A DNA stretch of 64,000 bases from an uncultured Gemmatimonadaceae bacterium (GCA_963761305.1 CAVXGK010000002.1:3168001-3232000); one strand, 5' to 3'; positions 41,307 to 52,117 are shown, numbered from the stretch's first letter. The notes: a model not told the origin generated them from the letters alone. Program-made: numbers and translations.

Positions 41307-41476
41307 GCTGGGGTCGGAACTTTTCGCGAAAGCCAACCGTAGGGCCTCTCACGGCGCGGCTCGAACGCTTCGTCGTGAGGGAAACGCTTTCCACCACTCG
41401 GGTGTCAAACGCTTCGAGTGTCAGAAAGCAGAGGGCGCGAAGCAGCGCTCCATCGTCTCGGTTCGGTTTTGTGGCA

Positions 41477-42517
41477 ATGAGCCCCCTGTCGTTACTCATC
41501 GATCCCTACGCAGATACGCTCGAGATGCCCACGTCGGCGTCTCTCGCAGCGTCGCGGCACTGGGAGCGTGATCAGATCGCTGATTTTCTCGGCGCGCAGT
41601 TCCAGGTCGTGCGTGAGCTCGGACGCGGCGGGATGGGTGTCGTCTTCCTGGCACGCGACATCGCGCTGCACCGGTTGGTCGCCATCAAGGTTCTCCGCTA
41701 CGAGTTCACGTCGTCGGAAGAGCACCGCGAGCGTTTTCGTCGCGAGGCGCGGTTGACGGCGCGGCTCAGCCATCCGGGCATCGTACCCGTGTACGGATTC
41801 GGCGAGGTCGGTGATCTCGTCTACATCGTGATGAAGTACGTGCACGGCGAGTCGCTCGCCGAGCGCATGCGGCGCGAACAGCGAGTTCCGGCGGACGAGG
41901 CAGGCCGTTTGCTCCGCGACCTCGCGCTAGCGCTCGACTCGGCGCACCGCGACGGCGTGATTCATCGCGATCTCAAGGCCGAGAACATTCTCATCGAGCG
42001 TGGGACGGGTCGCGCGATGCTCACCGATTTCGGCGTGGCCCTGGTGCGTTCGCTGGATCCGGTGCGAGCGGAGGTGTCGCGGGTGTTCGGTACGCCGCAC
42101 TACATGTCGCCGGAGCAGGCCGTGGGCGAGTCCGCGCTGGACGGTCGGAGCGATCTCTATTCGCTCGGCGTGCTCGGGTACTACATGCTGGCGGGGAAGC
42201 TTCCGTTCGACGCGCCGACGTTCGAGGCGCTCGCGGCGAAACACCTTGGCGAATCGCATGCGCCGCTTCGCGCGCTCGCGCCGAACGCGCCGCCCGCGTT
42301 GTGCAACGTGATCGAGCGAACGCTGGCGAAGGAACGCGACTTGCGTTGGCGGAACGGTCGTGAGCTGGCCAATGCACTGACGTTGCCGGCCGCGCGCCGG
42401 CGGTGGTTCGACGCCGCGCGTTCGCGCGCCGCGGCGTTGTTTCGAAGTCGTCTCGCTGCCGAGTTGGCCTTAATAGGAACGGCGATGAGAACCGCTATAC
42501 GGTGGACGCTGACCTGA
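41477..42517 (+). CDS. Hanks-type Ser/Thr protein kinase
   Basis: GRGGMG, VAIK, HRDLKAEN, DFG and GTPHYMSPEQ; start 41477 or 41525. Confidence 0.93.
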   Translation: MSPLSLLIDPYADTLEMPTSASLAASRHWERDQIADFLGAQFQVVRELGRGGMGVVFLARDIALHRLVAIKVLRYEFTSSEEHRERFRREARLTARLSHPGIVPVYGFGEVGDLVYIVMKYVHGESLAERMRREQRVPADEAGRLLRDLALALDSAHRDGVIHRDLKAENILIERGTGRAMLTDFGVALVRSLDPVRAEVSRVFGTPHYMSPEQAVGESALDGRSDLYSLGVLGYYMLAGKLPFDAPTFEALAAKHLGESHAPLRALAPNAPPALCNVIERTLAKERDLRWRNGRELANALTLPAARRRWFDAARSRAAALFRSRLAAELALIGTAMRTAIRWTLT

Positions 42518-42592
42518 TACGCGTCGCCTGCTGACTATTCGACGGCCCGTCGCTCGAGCGGCGGGCTGTTTTGTTCGAGCGCATCGGCTGGC

Positions 42593-42640
42593 AGCAGGCG
42601 ACAGGTAGCAACAAGCAACTAGCGAGTAGCAGGCAGCCGC
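42593..42640 (+). repeat. Degenerate 7-bp tandem array (AGCAGGC/AGCAACT-like, ~7 units)
   Basis: AGCAGGC GACAGGT AGCAACA AGCAACT AGCGAGT AGCAGGC AGCCGC. Confidence 0.55.
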
Positions 42641-42659
42641 ATAGGCCCTGGGGGTATAT
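42641..42659 (+). promoter_or_regulatory. Putative CsoR operator
   Basis: ATAGGCCCTGGGGGTATAT: C-tract/G-tract flanked by ATA/TAT, directly upstream of copA-csoR. Confidence 0.55.
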
Positions 42660-42666
42660 TCCCACT

Positions 42667-44957
42667 ATGGCCTCGCGACCCTCCATCACGATTGCGGTCA
42701 CCGGCATGACCTGCGCGGCCTGTCAGGCGCGCGTGCAGCGGGCCCTCGCCAAGACACCCGGCGTCGATGCGGCCGCGGTGAACCTCATGATGAACAACGC
42801 GGCCGTGACGTACAACCCGGCGGTCGCGTCGCCGGAACTGCTCGTCGACGCGATTCGGGCGACCGGTTACGGCGCCGAGCTGCCGGCGGCTGAGAAGAGT
42901 GCGACGCGCGAGCAGGCAGAGCAGGACGCGACGCGGCGCGATGAATTCCGCGATCTCCGCAACAAAGCCGCGTTCGCTTTCGTCGTCGGCGTCGTCACGA
43001 TGGCGGCGTCGATGTCGAGGGTCCTCGATGTCAGGGTCCTCGAGGTCAGGGTCATCGTTGTCGGCGATGACGACGAGCGCCGGCGCCGCGCCGCTCGCGT
43101 GGTGGCTGATGCTCGTCGCCACGTCGGTCGTGATGGTGTGGGCGGGGCGGGATTTCTACGTGCGCGCGTGGAAGGCGCTGCGACACGGCGCGGCGGACAT
43201 GAACACGCTCATCAGCGTCGGCACCGGCGCGGCGTTCGTGTTCTCACTCGTCGCGACGCTGAGCCCGGCGACGCTCGCACGCAACGGAGTGCAGCCGCAG
43301 GTCTACTACGAAGCGGTCGTCTTCATACTCGCGTTCGTGCTGGCGGGTCGCGCCATGGAAGCGCGCGCGAAGGGCCAGACGACGTCGGCGCTGCGACGAC
43401 TCGTCGACCTGCAGCCGGCACACGCGCGCGTGATTCGCGACGGCGTCGAACACGACGTTCCGATCGAGAATGTGCGGCGCGGTGATGCCGTCGTCGTGCG
43501 GCCGGGCGAGCGCCTGGCGGTCGACGGAGAGGTCGTCGACGGCGGCAGCGCGATCGACGAATCGATGTTGACGGGCGAATCGATGCCGGTAAGCAAGACG
43601 ATCGGCGATCGCGTGTTCGGCGGCACGGTCAACGGTTCCGGCGCGCTCGTCACCCGCGCGACGTCGCTCGGCGAAGACAGCGCGCTGGCGAGAATCGTAA
43701 AGCTCATGCGCGAGGCCCAGGCGACTCGCGCGCCGATTCAGAGTCTCGCCGATCGCGTGAGCGGCGTGTTCGTTCCCGTGGTCTTCGTCATCGCGCTGGC
43801 GACGCTCGTCGTCTGGCTCGCGGCAGGCGGTCGCGCGCACGCCGCGCAGGCGATCGCGGCGAGCGTGTCGGTGTTGATCATCGCCTGTCCGTGCGCGATG
43901 GGGTTGGCAGTGCCGACCGCGGTCATGGTGGCGACGGGCAAGGGCGCGGAGCGCGGTGTGCTGATCAAGGGAGGACGCGCCCTCGAGCGGGCAGGCAGCG
44001 TCGACGTGGTGCTGCTCGACAAGACCGGAACCATGACGACCGGCCGGCCCACTGTGACCGACATCGTTCCAGCGAGCGGCGTCGACGAGGCGGAGCTGCT
44101 CGAAACGGCGTCGAGCGTCGAGCGATTGTCGGAGCATCCGATCGCTCGAGCGATCGTGGACTACGCCAACGAGCGGCGCGTCGCGCGACGCGCGGCCATC
44201 GGGTTCAGCGCGGAACCGGGACACGGGGCACGCGCCCACGTGGACGGAGCAGGAGGTGCTCGTCGGCATCGCGTCCTTCGTCGGTGAGGCGGGAGCGATT
44301 CCAGCGGAGATCGCCGCCGCGGCCACGCGACTATCGACGGCGGGGAAGACGCTGGCGTTCGTCGCGCGTGGCGGACGCGCGCTCGGCGTGATCGCGGTGG
44401 CGGATGAAATGCGACCCACGTCGGTATCGGCGATCACGCGTCTGCGCAATCTCGGGCTCGACGTCGTGATGCTCACCGGCGACAACGAGCGAACCGCACA
44501 CGCGATCGCGGGCGACGCGGGCATCGCGAAGGTGTCGGCGAATCTGCGCCCCGCCGACAAGATCGCCGAGGTCGAGCGCCACCAGCGTGAGGGCCGCGTG
44601 GTCGCCATGGTCGGCGACGGCATCAACGACGCGCCGGCGCTGGCGCGGGCCGACGTCGGCATCGCCGTCGGCACCGGCACCGACGTGGCGATCGACGCGA
44701 GCGAGGTCACGCTGATGCGTCCCGACCTCGGCGGCGTCGCCGACGCGATTTCGTTGTCGCGCCGAACGATGCGCACGATTCGCCAGAATCTGTTCTGGGC
44801 GATGATCTACAACGTCATTGGAATTCCGATCGCTGCCGGCGTGCTCTTTCCTCGATTCGGCATCGCGCTCAACCCCGTCGTGGCCAGCGCGGCGATGGCG
44901 CTCAGTTCGGTGAGCGTCGTGAGCAACAGTCTTCGTCTGAGGAGATGGACGCCATGA
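42667..44957 (+). pseudogene. copA: Cu(I)-translocating P1B-ATPase, ~762 aa once two +1 frameshifts are removed
   Basis: GMTCAAC HMA domain, [24 protein letters not shown] and MALSS; breaks at ~43017 and ~44249, probably assembly errors. Confidence 0.88.
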
Positions 44958-45298
44958 AAAACGATCGCTCGCTCGCCGACTGCGCGTGCGAGGTGCACGA
45001 GTCGGGCGGACGCAAGGCCGTCGCCGTCGACCCGGGCATCAAGGCGCGAAACCTCAAGCGACTGCGCCGGATCGAAGGGCAGGTGCGCGGCCTTCAGAAA
45101 ATGGTCGAAGACGATCGCTACTGCGCCGACGTCATGACGCAGATCTCATCCGTGCACGAAGCGCTGCGCAGCGTGGGACGCGCGCTGATGCGAAACCATC
45201 TGCGCCACTGCGCCGCGTCGGCCATTCGCGCCGGCGCGTCGGAGGCCGAGTCGATGTACGACGAGCTGGTCGAGATGATGTACCGACACGCGCGCTGA
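44954..45298 (+). CDS. csoR: CsoR-family copper-sensing repressor
   Basis: [15 protein letters not shown]...HLRHC (C-H-C); ATGA overlap with copA. Confidence 0.9.
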   Translation: MKNDRSLADCACEVHESGGRKAVAVDPGIKARNLKRLRRIEGQVRGLQKMVEDDRYCADVMTQISSVHEALRSVGRALMRNHLRHCAASAIRAGASEAESMYDELVEMMYRHAR

Positions 45299-45310
45299 CG
45301 CGCGCGCGGC

Positions 45311-47314
45311 TCAGGACGTGACGCGCAGCGCGGCTTCGACGACGCGCTCGGCGGTGATGCCGAGCTCCTGGTAGATGCGCTCGTAGGGCGAGCTGGCGCC
45401 GAATCGATGGAGGCCGATCGCTTCGCCGTTCAATCCGACCCAGCGGTACCACGACATCGGCTGCGCCGCTTCGATCGCCACGCGCGGGATGCCGGCCGGC
45501 AGCACCGACGTCTGGTACTCCTCGGGCTGGCGTTCGAACAACTCCATCGACGGCATCGAGACGACGCGCGCGGCGACGCCGCGAGTCGCGAGCTGCTCTT
45601 GCGCGGCCATCACCAGCTGAACTTCGGAACCGGACGCCATGAGCACGACGCGCGGCTTGGCGCCCTTCGCCGGATCGGCGAGCACGTACGCACCGCGCGT
45701 GAGCCCCTCGGCCGGCGCGTACTTGGTGCGATCGATGAACGGAAGCTTCTGGCGTGTGAGGACGAGTGCGATCGGTCCGGCCGGAAGATCCACGGCGACC
45801 CTCCACGCGACGGCGGCCTCGTTGGAGTCGGCGGGTCGCACGACGGTGAATCCGGGAATCGCGCGCAGCGACGAAAGCTGCTCGATCGGCTGATGTGTCG
45901 GTCCGTCTTCACCCAGTCCGATCGAGTCGTGCGTGTAGATGTAGATGACGCGCGCGCCCATGAGCGCCGCGAGGCGCACCGACGGACGCATGTAGTCGGA
46001 GAAGATGAGAAACGTGCCGCCGTACGGCAGCACGCCGCCGTGCAGCGCCATGCCGTTCATGATCGACGCCATCGCGTGCTCGCGAATTCCGAAGTGCATG
46101 TAGCGCGAGCCGGGTGACTCCGGCGTGAAGTTCTGCCACGCCTTCACCGACGTGTTGTTCGACGGCGTGAGATCGGCCGAGCCGCCGACCAATTCGGGAA
46201 GCGCGTCGGCGGTGGCGTTGAGCGCGGCGCCGAACGCGGCGCGAGTGGCGATCGTGCCGTTTTCCGCCGTGAACGTCGGAAGTTTGGCGGCCCAGTTCTG
46301 GAGACGTTTGCCGGCGAGGCGTCGCTCGAGCTCCGCGGCGTCGGCGGGGTTCGCGTCGGCGTACGTCTTCCACCGCGCGGTCCACTCGGCGTGACATCGC
46401 GCGCCGCGATCCTTCGCCTTCCGCCACTCGGCGAGCGATTCGGGCGGCACGTAGAACGTGTCGAGCGTCGGCCAGCCGAGGTTTTTCTTCGTGATCACGA
46501 CGTTGTCTTTGCCGAGCGCTTCGCCGTGCGCTTTTTCGGAATCCTGACGCGGACTGCCGTAGCCGATGTGCGAGCGAGTGATGATCAGCGTGGGCCGCTC
46601 GGGATCGTTCTTCGCCTCGGCGATCGCGCCTTCGATGGCGTCGAGGTCGTTCACGTCGGCGATGTGCAGCACCTGCCAGCCATAGCCCTCGAATCGTTTG
46701 GCGGTGTCGTCGGTAAACGTGAGCTCGGTCTTCCCGTCGATCGTGATGTGGTTGTCGTCGTAGAAGCCGATCAGTTTCCCGAGCTTGAAATGCCCCGCGA
46801 ACGACGACGCCTCGTGCGAGATCCCTTCCATGAGATCGCCGTCGCTACAGATGAAGAACGTGTAGTGCTCGACGATGTCCTGTCCCGGCTTGTTGAAGCT
46901 GGCGGCAAGGTGCGCTTCGGCGACCGCCATGCCGACGGCGTTGCCGATGCCCTGGCCGAGCGGACCGGTGGTCGTCTCGACGCCGGGTGTGTGTCCGTGC
47001 TCCGGGTGGCCTGGCGTCTTGCTGCCCCACTGCCTGAACTGCTTGATATCATCGAGTGAGAGGTCGTACCCGGTCAGAAACAGGCACGAGTAGAGGAGCA
47101 TGGAGGCGTGCCCGCACGAGAGGATGAAGCGGTCTCGGTTGGGCCATGCCGGGTCGGCCGGGTCGAAGCGCATCGTGCGCGTGAACAGCACGTAGCCGAG
47201 TGGCGCGAGCGCCATCGGGGTGCCGGGATGGCCGGAATCGGCCTGCTGCACGGCGTCCATCGACAGCGTGCGGACCGTATTGATGCAGAGGAGATCGAGA
47301 TCGCTCGCGGGCAT
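45311..47314 (-). CDS. tkt: Transketolase
   Basis: [26 protein letters not shown] and [15 protein letters not shown]. Confidence 0.98.
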   Translation of the reverse strand: MPASDLDLLCINTVRTLSMDAVQQADSGHPGTPMALAPLGYVLFTRTMRFDPADPAWPNRDRFILSCGHASMLLYSCLFLTGYDLSLDDIKQFRQWGSKTPGHPEHGHTPGVETTTGPLGQGIGNAVGMAVAEAHLAASFNKPGQDIVEHYTFFICSDGDLMEGISHEASSFAGHFKLGKLIGFYDDNHITIDGKTELTFTDDTAKRFEGYGWQVLHIADVNDLDAIEGAIAEAKNDPERPTLIITRSHIGYGSPRQDSEKAHGEALGKDNVVITKKNLGWPTLDTFYVPPESLAEWRKAKDRGARCHAEWTARWKTYADANPADAAELERRLAGKRLQNWAAKLPTFTAENGTIATRAAFGAALNATADALPELVGGSADLTPSNNTSVKAWQNFTPESPGSRYMHFGIREHAMASIMNGMALHGGVLPYGGTFLIFSDYMRPSVRLAALMGARVIYIYTHDSIGLGEDGPTHQPIEQLSSLRAIPGFTVVRPADSNEAAVAWRVAVDLPAGPIALVLTRQKLPFIDRTKYAPAEGLTRGAYVLADPAKGAKPRVVLMASGSEVQLVMAAQEQLATRGVAARVVSMPSMELFERQPEEYQTSVLPAGIPRVAIEAAQPMSWYRWVGLNGEAIGLHRFGASSPYERIYQELGITAERVVEAALRVTS

Positions 47315-47420
47315 TGCTGGTCGGCGTGGGTAAATGGAATGGGCGTGCTGAAATTAGCTCGCCGAGGGCAGCGGCGAAAAATGGGCGTTACCGTGCCCGA
47401 CAGGCATCGTCTCCCAGACG

Positions 47421-48677
47421 ATGGCGTTGAACGAGCCCCCCTTCTCTCCCTCCTATCTCGGTCCGAGCGCGGCGTCGAGCTGCGACGCGATCGTGATCGG
47501 CGGCGGCTTTTACGGCGCGCGCCTCGCGCTGACGCTGCGCCAGCGCGGCCTTCGCGTGCTGCTCGTCGAGCGGGAGGCGACGCTGCTCGCTCGCGCGTCG
47601 ATTCGCAACCAGGCGCGGGTGCATAACGGATACCACTACCCGCGCAGCATCCTGACCTCACTTCGCTCGCGTCTCAACTATCGCCGCTTCATCGACGAGT
47701 ATCGCGACTGCGTGCACTCGGGCTTCACGCACTACTACGCCGTGGCGCGCGGCATGTCGAAGGTCACGGCGAGCCAGTTCGCCGAGTTCTGCCGGCGCAT
47801 CGAGGCGCCGCTCACTCCGGCGCCGCCTCACGTCGCCAAGCTGTTCGACGCGTCGCGGATCGATGCGGTGTTCGAGGTCGAGGAATGCGCGTTCGACGCC
47901 GCGTCGCTGCGCGCGCGAATGACGCGCGAACTGCACGCCGCCGGCGTGGACGTCGCGCTCTCGACGGAGGCGGTCTCGGTGAGATCGACCCGGGCGGGAG
48001 TCGAGGTGGCGTTTGGCGATTCGGGCGGAACACTCGGCCAGGCGTCCATCCGTCCTCCCGCGACCGCACAGCTCGCGCTCAACTGCACGTACTCTCGCCT
48101 CAACCACGTGCTCAGCGCGTCGCACGCCGAGCCCATTCCCGCGAAACACGAGCTCACCGAACTGGCGCTCGTCGAGCCGCCGGAGGCTCTGGGCGGCGCC
48201 GCGGTGACGGTGATGGACGGTCCGTTCTTCTCCCTCATGCCGTATCCGTCGCGCGGTCTCTCCACGCTGAGCCACGTCCGCTACACGCCGCACTACAACT
48301 GGCACGACAAGCCGAATCAACCGGTGATCGACGTGCTCACGACCGGCAGCGCGTCGCGGTACGAGCACATGGTGCGGGATGCGACGCGCTACCTTCCGGC
48401 GATGCGGGGCACGCGGTACGTCGACTCGCTGTGGGAGATCAAGACGGTGATGCCCCGCAGCGAGAAAGACGACAGCCGGCCCATCCTGCTGCGCCGCTGC
48501 GCCGAGCACCCGTCGCTGATCACGGTACTCGGCGCGAAGATCGACAGCGTGTACGACGTCGAAGACGCGTTGCTCGCCGAGCTAGCCCAGCGACCCGTGC
48601 GCCGAGTTCCACGTCCCACCCCGACCGATGCCCGCCGACTCCCTGATTTCGATCGTCGCCCCGCTCGAAGGCGATAG
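47421..48677 (+). CDS. FAD-dependent oxidoreductase (DAO/L2HGDH-like)
   Basis: IVIGGGFYG, ASIRNQARVHNGYHYPRS and MDGPFFS. Confidence 0.85.
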   Translation: MALNEPPFSPSYLGPSAASSCDAIVIGGGFYGARLALTLRQRGLRVLLVEREATLLARASIRNQARVHNGYHYPRSILTSLRSRLNYRRFIDEYRDCVHSGFTHYYAVARGMSKVTASQFAEFCRRIEAPLTPAPPHVAKLFDASRIDAVFEVEECAFDAASLRARMTRELHAAGVDVALSTEAVSVRSTRAGVEVAFGDSGGTLGQASIRPPATAQLALNCTYSRLNHVLSASHAEPIPAKHELTELALVEPPEALGGAAVTVMDGPFFSLMPYPSRGLSTLSHVRYTPHYNWHDKPNQPVIDVLTTGSASRYEHMVRDATRYLPAMRGTRYVDSLWEIKTVMPRSEKDDSRPILLRRCAEHPSLITVLGAKIDSVYDVEDALLAELAQRPVRRVPRPTPTDARRLPDFDRRPARRR

Positions 48678-49590
48678 CCCCGACGCGATCGAAGCGTTCG
48701 TCGAGGAGACGATCGCCGTGCTGAGCGGCCTGGTGTCGCACCACGAGATCATTCTCGTGGACGACGGCGTTCCCGATGCAACGGTCGCGCGCGTGCGCGC
48801 GCTGCTCGAGCGGCACGACTTTCTGCGCTTCTTGCGGCTGTCGCGGCATTTCGGCGAGGAGACGGCGATCACCGCGGGGCTCGACGTGGCGATCGGCGAC
48901 TACATCGTCGTCATGTTGCCGAGCATGGACCCCCCGGCGCTGATTCCGGAATTCCTCGAGCGGGCGCGAGGCGACACGGACGTCGTGTACGGCGTTCGGC
49001 TTCACCGCAGGAACGAACCGATCTGGTACCGCATCGGCGCGCGGCTCTTTTATTGGTACATGAACTCGGTGGTGAAGTTGGGGATTCCGCGCGACTCGAC
49101 GCAGTTCCGATGCATGAGCCGCCAAGTGGTGAATGCGCTGACGCAGATCCGCGGACCCGATCAGTATTTGCGAATGCTGACGTCGTACATCGGCTTCCGA
49201 AAGGAGCCGTTTCCGTACGCGCCGATCAAACGCTCCGGCGCGTCGACCGTGCGGCCCACCAGCGACGCGCTCGACCTGGCGCGCGCGCTCGTCATCGACT
49301 CGACCTCGCATCCGCTGCGCGTGGTCGTGTGGACGGGCGTCGGATTGGCCGCGCTGAATCTGCTGTTCGTCACGCTGCACTTCGGCGGCGACGCCGTCGC
49401 CGCCCTGGCGTTCCACGAGGCCCTCGCGTTTCTGATCATCGCGCTGATGCTGCTCGCGATCGCGGAATACGTCGGCAGCCTCTCGCAGCGGCTTCGCGAT
49501 CGGCCCGCGTACTACGTGCGCGAGGAGCACACGAGCTCCGTGTTGCTGCGCGAAGAGCGTCGAAACGTCGTCGGGAAGACGGCGGAGTGA
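48628..49590 (+). CDS. GT2 GtrB/ArnC-like membrane glycosyltransferase with a degenerate DxD motif
   Basis: ILVDDG, LSRHFG...AGLD, VVYGVR and two C-terminal TMs; MLPSMDPP where DADLQDPP is expected. Confidence 0.8.
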   Translation: MPADSLISIVAPLEGDSPDAIEAFVEETIAVLSGLVSHHEIILVDDGVPDATVARVRALLERHDFLRFLRLSRHFGEETAITAGLDVAIGDYIVVMLPSMDPPALIPEFLERARGDTDVVYGVRLHRRNEPIWYRIGARLFYWYMNSVVKLGIPRDSTQFRCMSRQVVNALTQIRGPDQYLRMLTSYIGFRKEPFPYAPIKRSGASTVRPTSDALDLARALVIDSTSHPLRVVVWTGVGLAALNLLFVTLHFGGDAVAALAFHEALAFLIIALMLLAIAEYVGSLSQRLRDRPAYYVREEHTSSVLLREERRNVVGKTAE

Positions 49591-50384
49591 CGGCAGGGGC
49601 CACTCTCGTGCGAGAGGCGGGCGTGCCAGAGCACGAACGCCTGATCCTCGCTGAGAAGCGCCATCGCTACTGCGTCGCCGTCTTCGTGATCAACGAGGGC
49701 GAGCGCGTACGAAAGCAGCTCGCCGCGATGGCACCATTCGCCGACCGCATCGACATTGTCGTCGCCGACGGCGGCAGCACCGATGGATCGCTCGCGCCGG
49801 ATTCGCTGGCCGGATTTCGTCTTCGCGCGCTCCTCGTCAAGCGCGGCCCCGGACGCCTCAGCGCCCAAATGCGGATGGCGATCGCCTTCGCGCTCGACGA
49901 AGGCTACGACGGCATGGTCGTGATCGACGGCAACGGCAAGGACGACCTCGACGCGTTGCCGCGAATGATCGAGCTGCTCGACGCGGGCTACGATCATGTC
50001 CAGGGTTCGCGCTACGTTCCCGGCGGCCGCGGCATCAACACGCCGCCGAGTCGAACGCTTGCGGTGAAGCTCATCCACGCGCCGTTGATGAGTCTGGCCG
50101 CGGGCACTCGCTACACGGACACGACCAACGGATTTCGCGCATACAGCCGGCGTCTGCTCGCCGATCCCCGCGTCGCGCCGCTGCGCGACGTGTTCATGGG
50201 ATACGAGCTCCACTACTATCTCGCGATCCGCGCCGCGCGGCTCGGCTTCAGGGTGACCGAGACGCCGGTCACGCGCCGCTATCCGGCGAGCGGAAAGACG
50301 CCGACCAAGATCAGCCCGGTGAAGGGCAATCTGCGCGTGCTTCGCACGTTGGCGGCGGCGGTTCTGGGGCGATTCGACCCATGA
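49587..50384 (+). CDS. GT2 polyprenol-phosphate glycosyltransferase-like (soluble)
   Basis: ADGGSTDGS, IDGNGKD, QGSRY and DTTNGFRAYS; GTGA overlap. Confidence 0.85.
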   Translation: MTAGATLVREAGVPEHERLILAEKRHRYCVAVFVINEGERVRKQLAAMAPFADRIDIVVADGGSTDGSLAPDSLAGFRLRALLVKRGPGRLSAQMRMAIAFALDEGYDGMVVIDGNGKDDLDALPRMIELLDAGYDHVQGSRYVPGGRGINTPPSRTLAVKLIHAPLMSLAAGTRYTDTTNGFRAYSRRLLADPRVAPLRDVFMGYELHYYLAIRAARLGFRVTETPVTRRYPASGKTPTKISPVKGNLRVLRTLAAAVLGRFDP

Positions 50385-51163
50385 GCGAGACCCGCGGCGC
50401 GGCGCTGATCGGCTACACGGGATTCGTCGGCGGGAATCTGCTGGCGCAACACTCGTTCGACGCGCTGTACAACTCGTCCAACATCGACGAGATCGTCGGA
50501 CAGTCGTTCGATCTCATCGTGTGCGCCGGCGCGCCGGCGGAGAAATGGAAAGCGAACGCCGACCCCGAGCGCGACCTGGCCAACATCCGGCGTCTCGCGA
50601 GCGCCATCACGCGGGCGAACGCTCGGCGCGTGGTGCTGCTGTCGACGGTGGACGTGTTCGGTTCGCCGATCGCCGTCGATGAGGACTCGCCGGTGGCGAC
50701 GGACGGATTGCACGCCTACGGCAGAAACCGCCGTTTGCTCGAGGAGTTGGTCGCGGCGCGCTTCGACACGACCGTCGTGAGGCTACCGGGCCTCTACGGA
50801 CCGGGCCTCAAGAAGAACGTCATCTTCGACTTCCTGCACGACAACGACGTGCGCAAGATCGATTCACGCGGTGTCTTCCAGTTTTACGACACGACACGTC
50901 TCTGGCGAGACGTCGAGATCGCGATGCGGCATCGCTTTCCGCTCGTGCATCTGCCGACGGAGCCGGTGAGCGTCGCCGACGTGATCCGCGTGGCCTTCGG
51001 CGCCGAGTTCGACAACCATATGAACGTGGCTCCCGCGCGCTACGACGTACGAACTCGACACGCGGCGCTCTTCGGCGGCAGCGGGGCCTACGTCGAAAGC
51101 GCGGCGCAGACGCTGGCGGGAATTGCCGAGTTTGTCGCGCGAGAACGGAAGAAGGCACCGTGA
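50381..51163 (+). CDS. NAD-dependent epimerase/dehydratase (extended SDR-like)
   Basis: GYTGFVG, LLSTVDVF, YGRNR (YxxxR rather than YxxxK) and RLPGLYG. Confidence 0.8.
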   Translation: MSETRGAALIGYTGFVGGNLLAQHSFDALYNSSNIDEIVGQSFDLIVCAGAPAEKWKANADPERDLANIRRLASAITRANARRVVLLSTVDVFGSPIAVDEDSPVATDGLHAYGRNRRLLEELVAARFDTTVVRLPGLYGPGLKKNVIFDFLHDNDVRKIDSRGVFQFYDTTRLWRDVEIAMRHRFPLVHLPTEPVSVADVIRVAFGAEFDNHMNVAPARYDVRTRHAALFGGSGAYVESAAQTLAGIAEFVARERKKAP

Positions 51164-51981
51164 AGCTCGCCGTCTCCAACATCGCGTGGGACGCCGGCGC
51201 GGACGACGCGGCTGCCGCGGTGCTCGTGCGCGAAGGCGTGCGCGGAATCGAGATCGCGCCGACCAAGTGGCGAGGCGAGCCGTTCGACGCGCCGGCTGCG
51301 GACGTCGCGACGTTTCGGCGCCGTTGGGAGGATCGCGGGTTGCCGATCGTCGCGCTTCAGTCACTGCTGTTCGGTAAGCCGGGGCTTCAGCTCTTCGCCG
51401 GCGAACACGAGCGAACGGCTCTGATCGATCAGCTCCGCAGGGTCGCCGACTTCGCCGCCGCCGTCGGCGCGCGGGCGCTGGTGTTTGGTTCACCCAAGAA
51501 CCGCGTGCGCGGCCAGCGCTCGATGGACGACGCGGTGACGATCGCCCGCGACACGTTTCGCATCCTCGCGCAGCATGCGCGCGAACGCGGGGTGGTTTTC
51601 TGCATCGAGGCGAACCCGCCCGACTATGGCTGCGACTTCATCACCAAAACGCCCGACGCCGTCGAGCTCTGCCGCCTCGTCGACGAGCCATCCATTCGCG
51701 TGAACGCGGACCTTGGCGGGATGATCCTGTCGAACGAGGATCCGGCGGACTCGATCTCGCGAGCGGCGGAGTTCGTCGGACATGTGCACGCAAGCGAGCC
51801 GCACCTGGCGGAATTGTCATCGAGCGCCGCGCACGCGCGTGCGTCGTCGGCGCTTGTGGCGATGGAGTACTCCGGTTGGATCTCGATCGAGATGCGCGCC
51901 GCCGAGTCGTTGCTGCAGATGGCGGCGCTGGAGCGCGCGATCAGAGTGGCGAAAAACGCTTACGGCGGCGTCAACGGATGA
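51160..51981 (+). CDS. Sugar phosphate isomerase/epimerase (xylose-isomerase-like TIM barrel)
   Basis: LVFGSPKNR, CIEAN, D-LG, HVHASE and SIEM metal ligands. Confidence 0.85.
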   Translation: MKLAVSNIAWDAGADDAAAAVLVREGVRGIEIAPTKWRGEPFDAPAADVATFRRRWEDRGLPIVALQSLLFGKPGLQLFAGEHERTALIDQLRRVADFAAAVGARALVFGSPKNRVRGQRSMDDAVTIARDTFRILAQHARERGVVFCIEANPPDYGCDFITKTPDAVELCRLVDEPSIRVNADLGGMILSNEDPADSISRAAEFVGHVHASEPHLAELSSSAAHARASSALVAMEYSGWISIEMRAAESLLQMAALERAIRVAKNAYGGVNG

Positions 51982-52000
51982 CTATCAAGGCCTGACCGGT

Positions 52001-52117
52001 CCACCGGTCCACCGGTCCACCGGTCCACCGGTCCACCGGTCCACCGGTCCACCGGTCCACCGGTCCACCGGTCCACCAGTCCACCAGTCCACCAGTCCAC
52101 CAGTCCACCAGTCCACC
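52001..52117. repeat. 8-bp tandem repeat: CCACCGGT x9, CCACCAGT x5, then a partial unit
   Basis: Read directly, between convergent genes. Confidence 0.95.
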
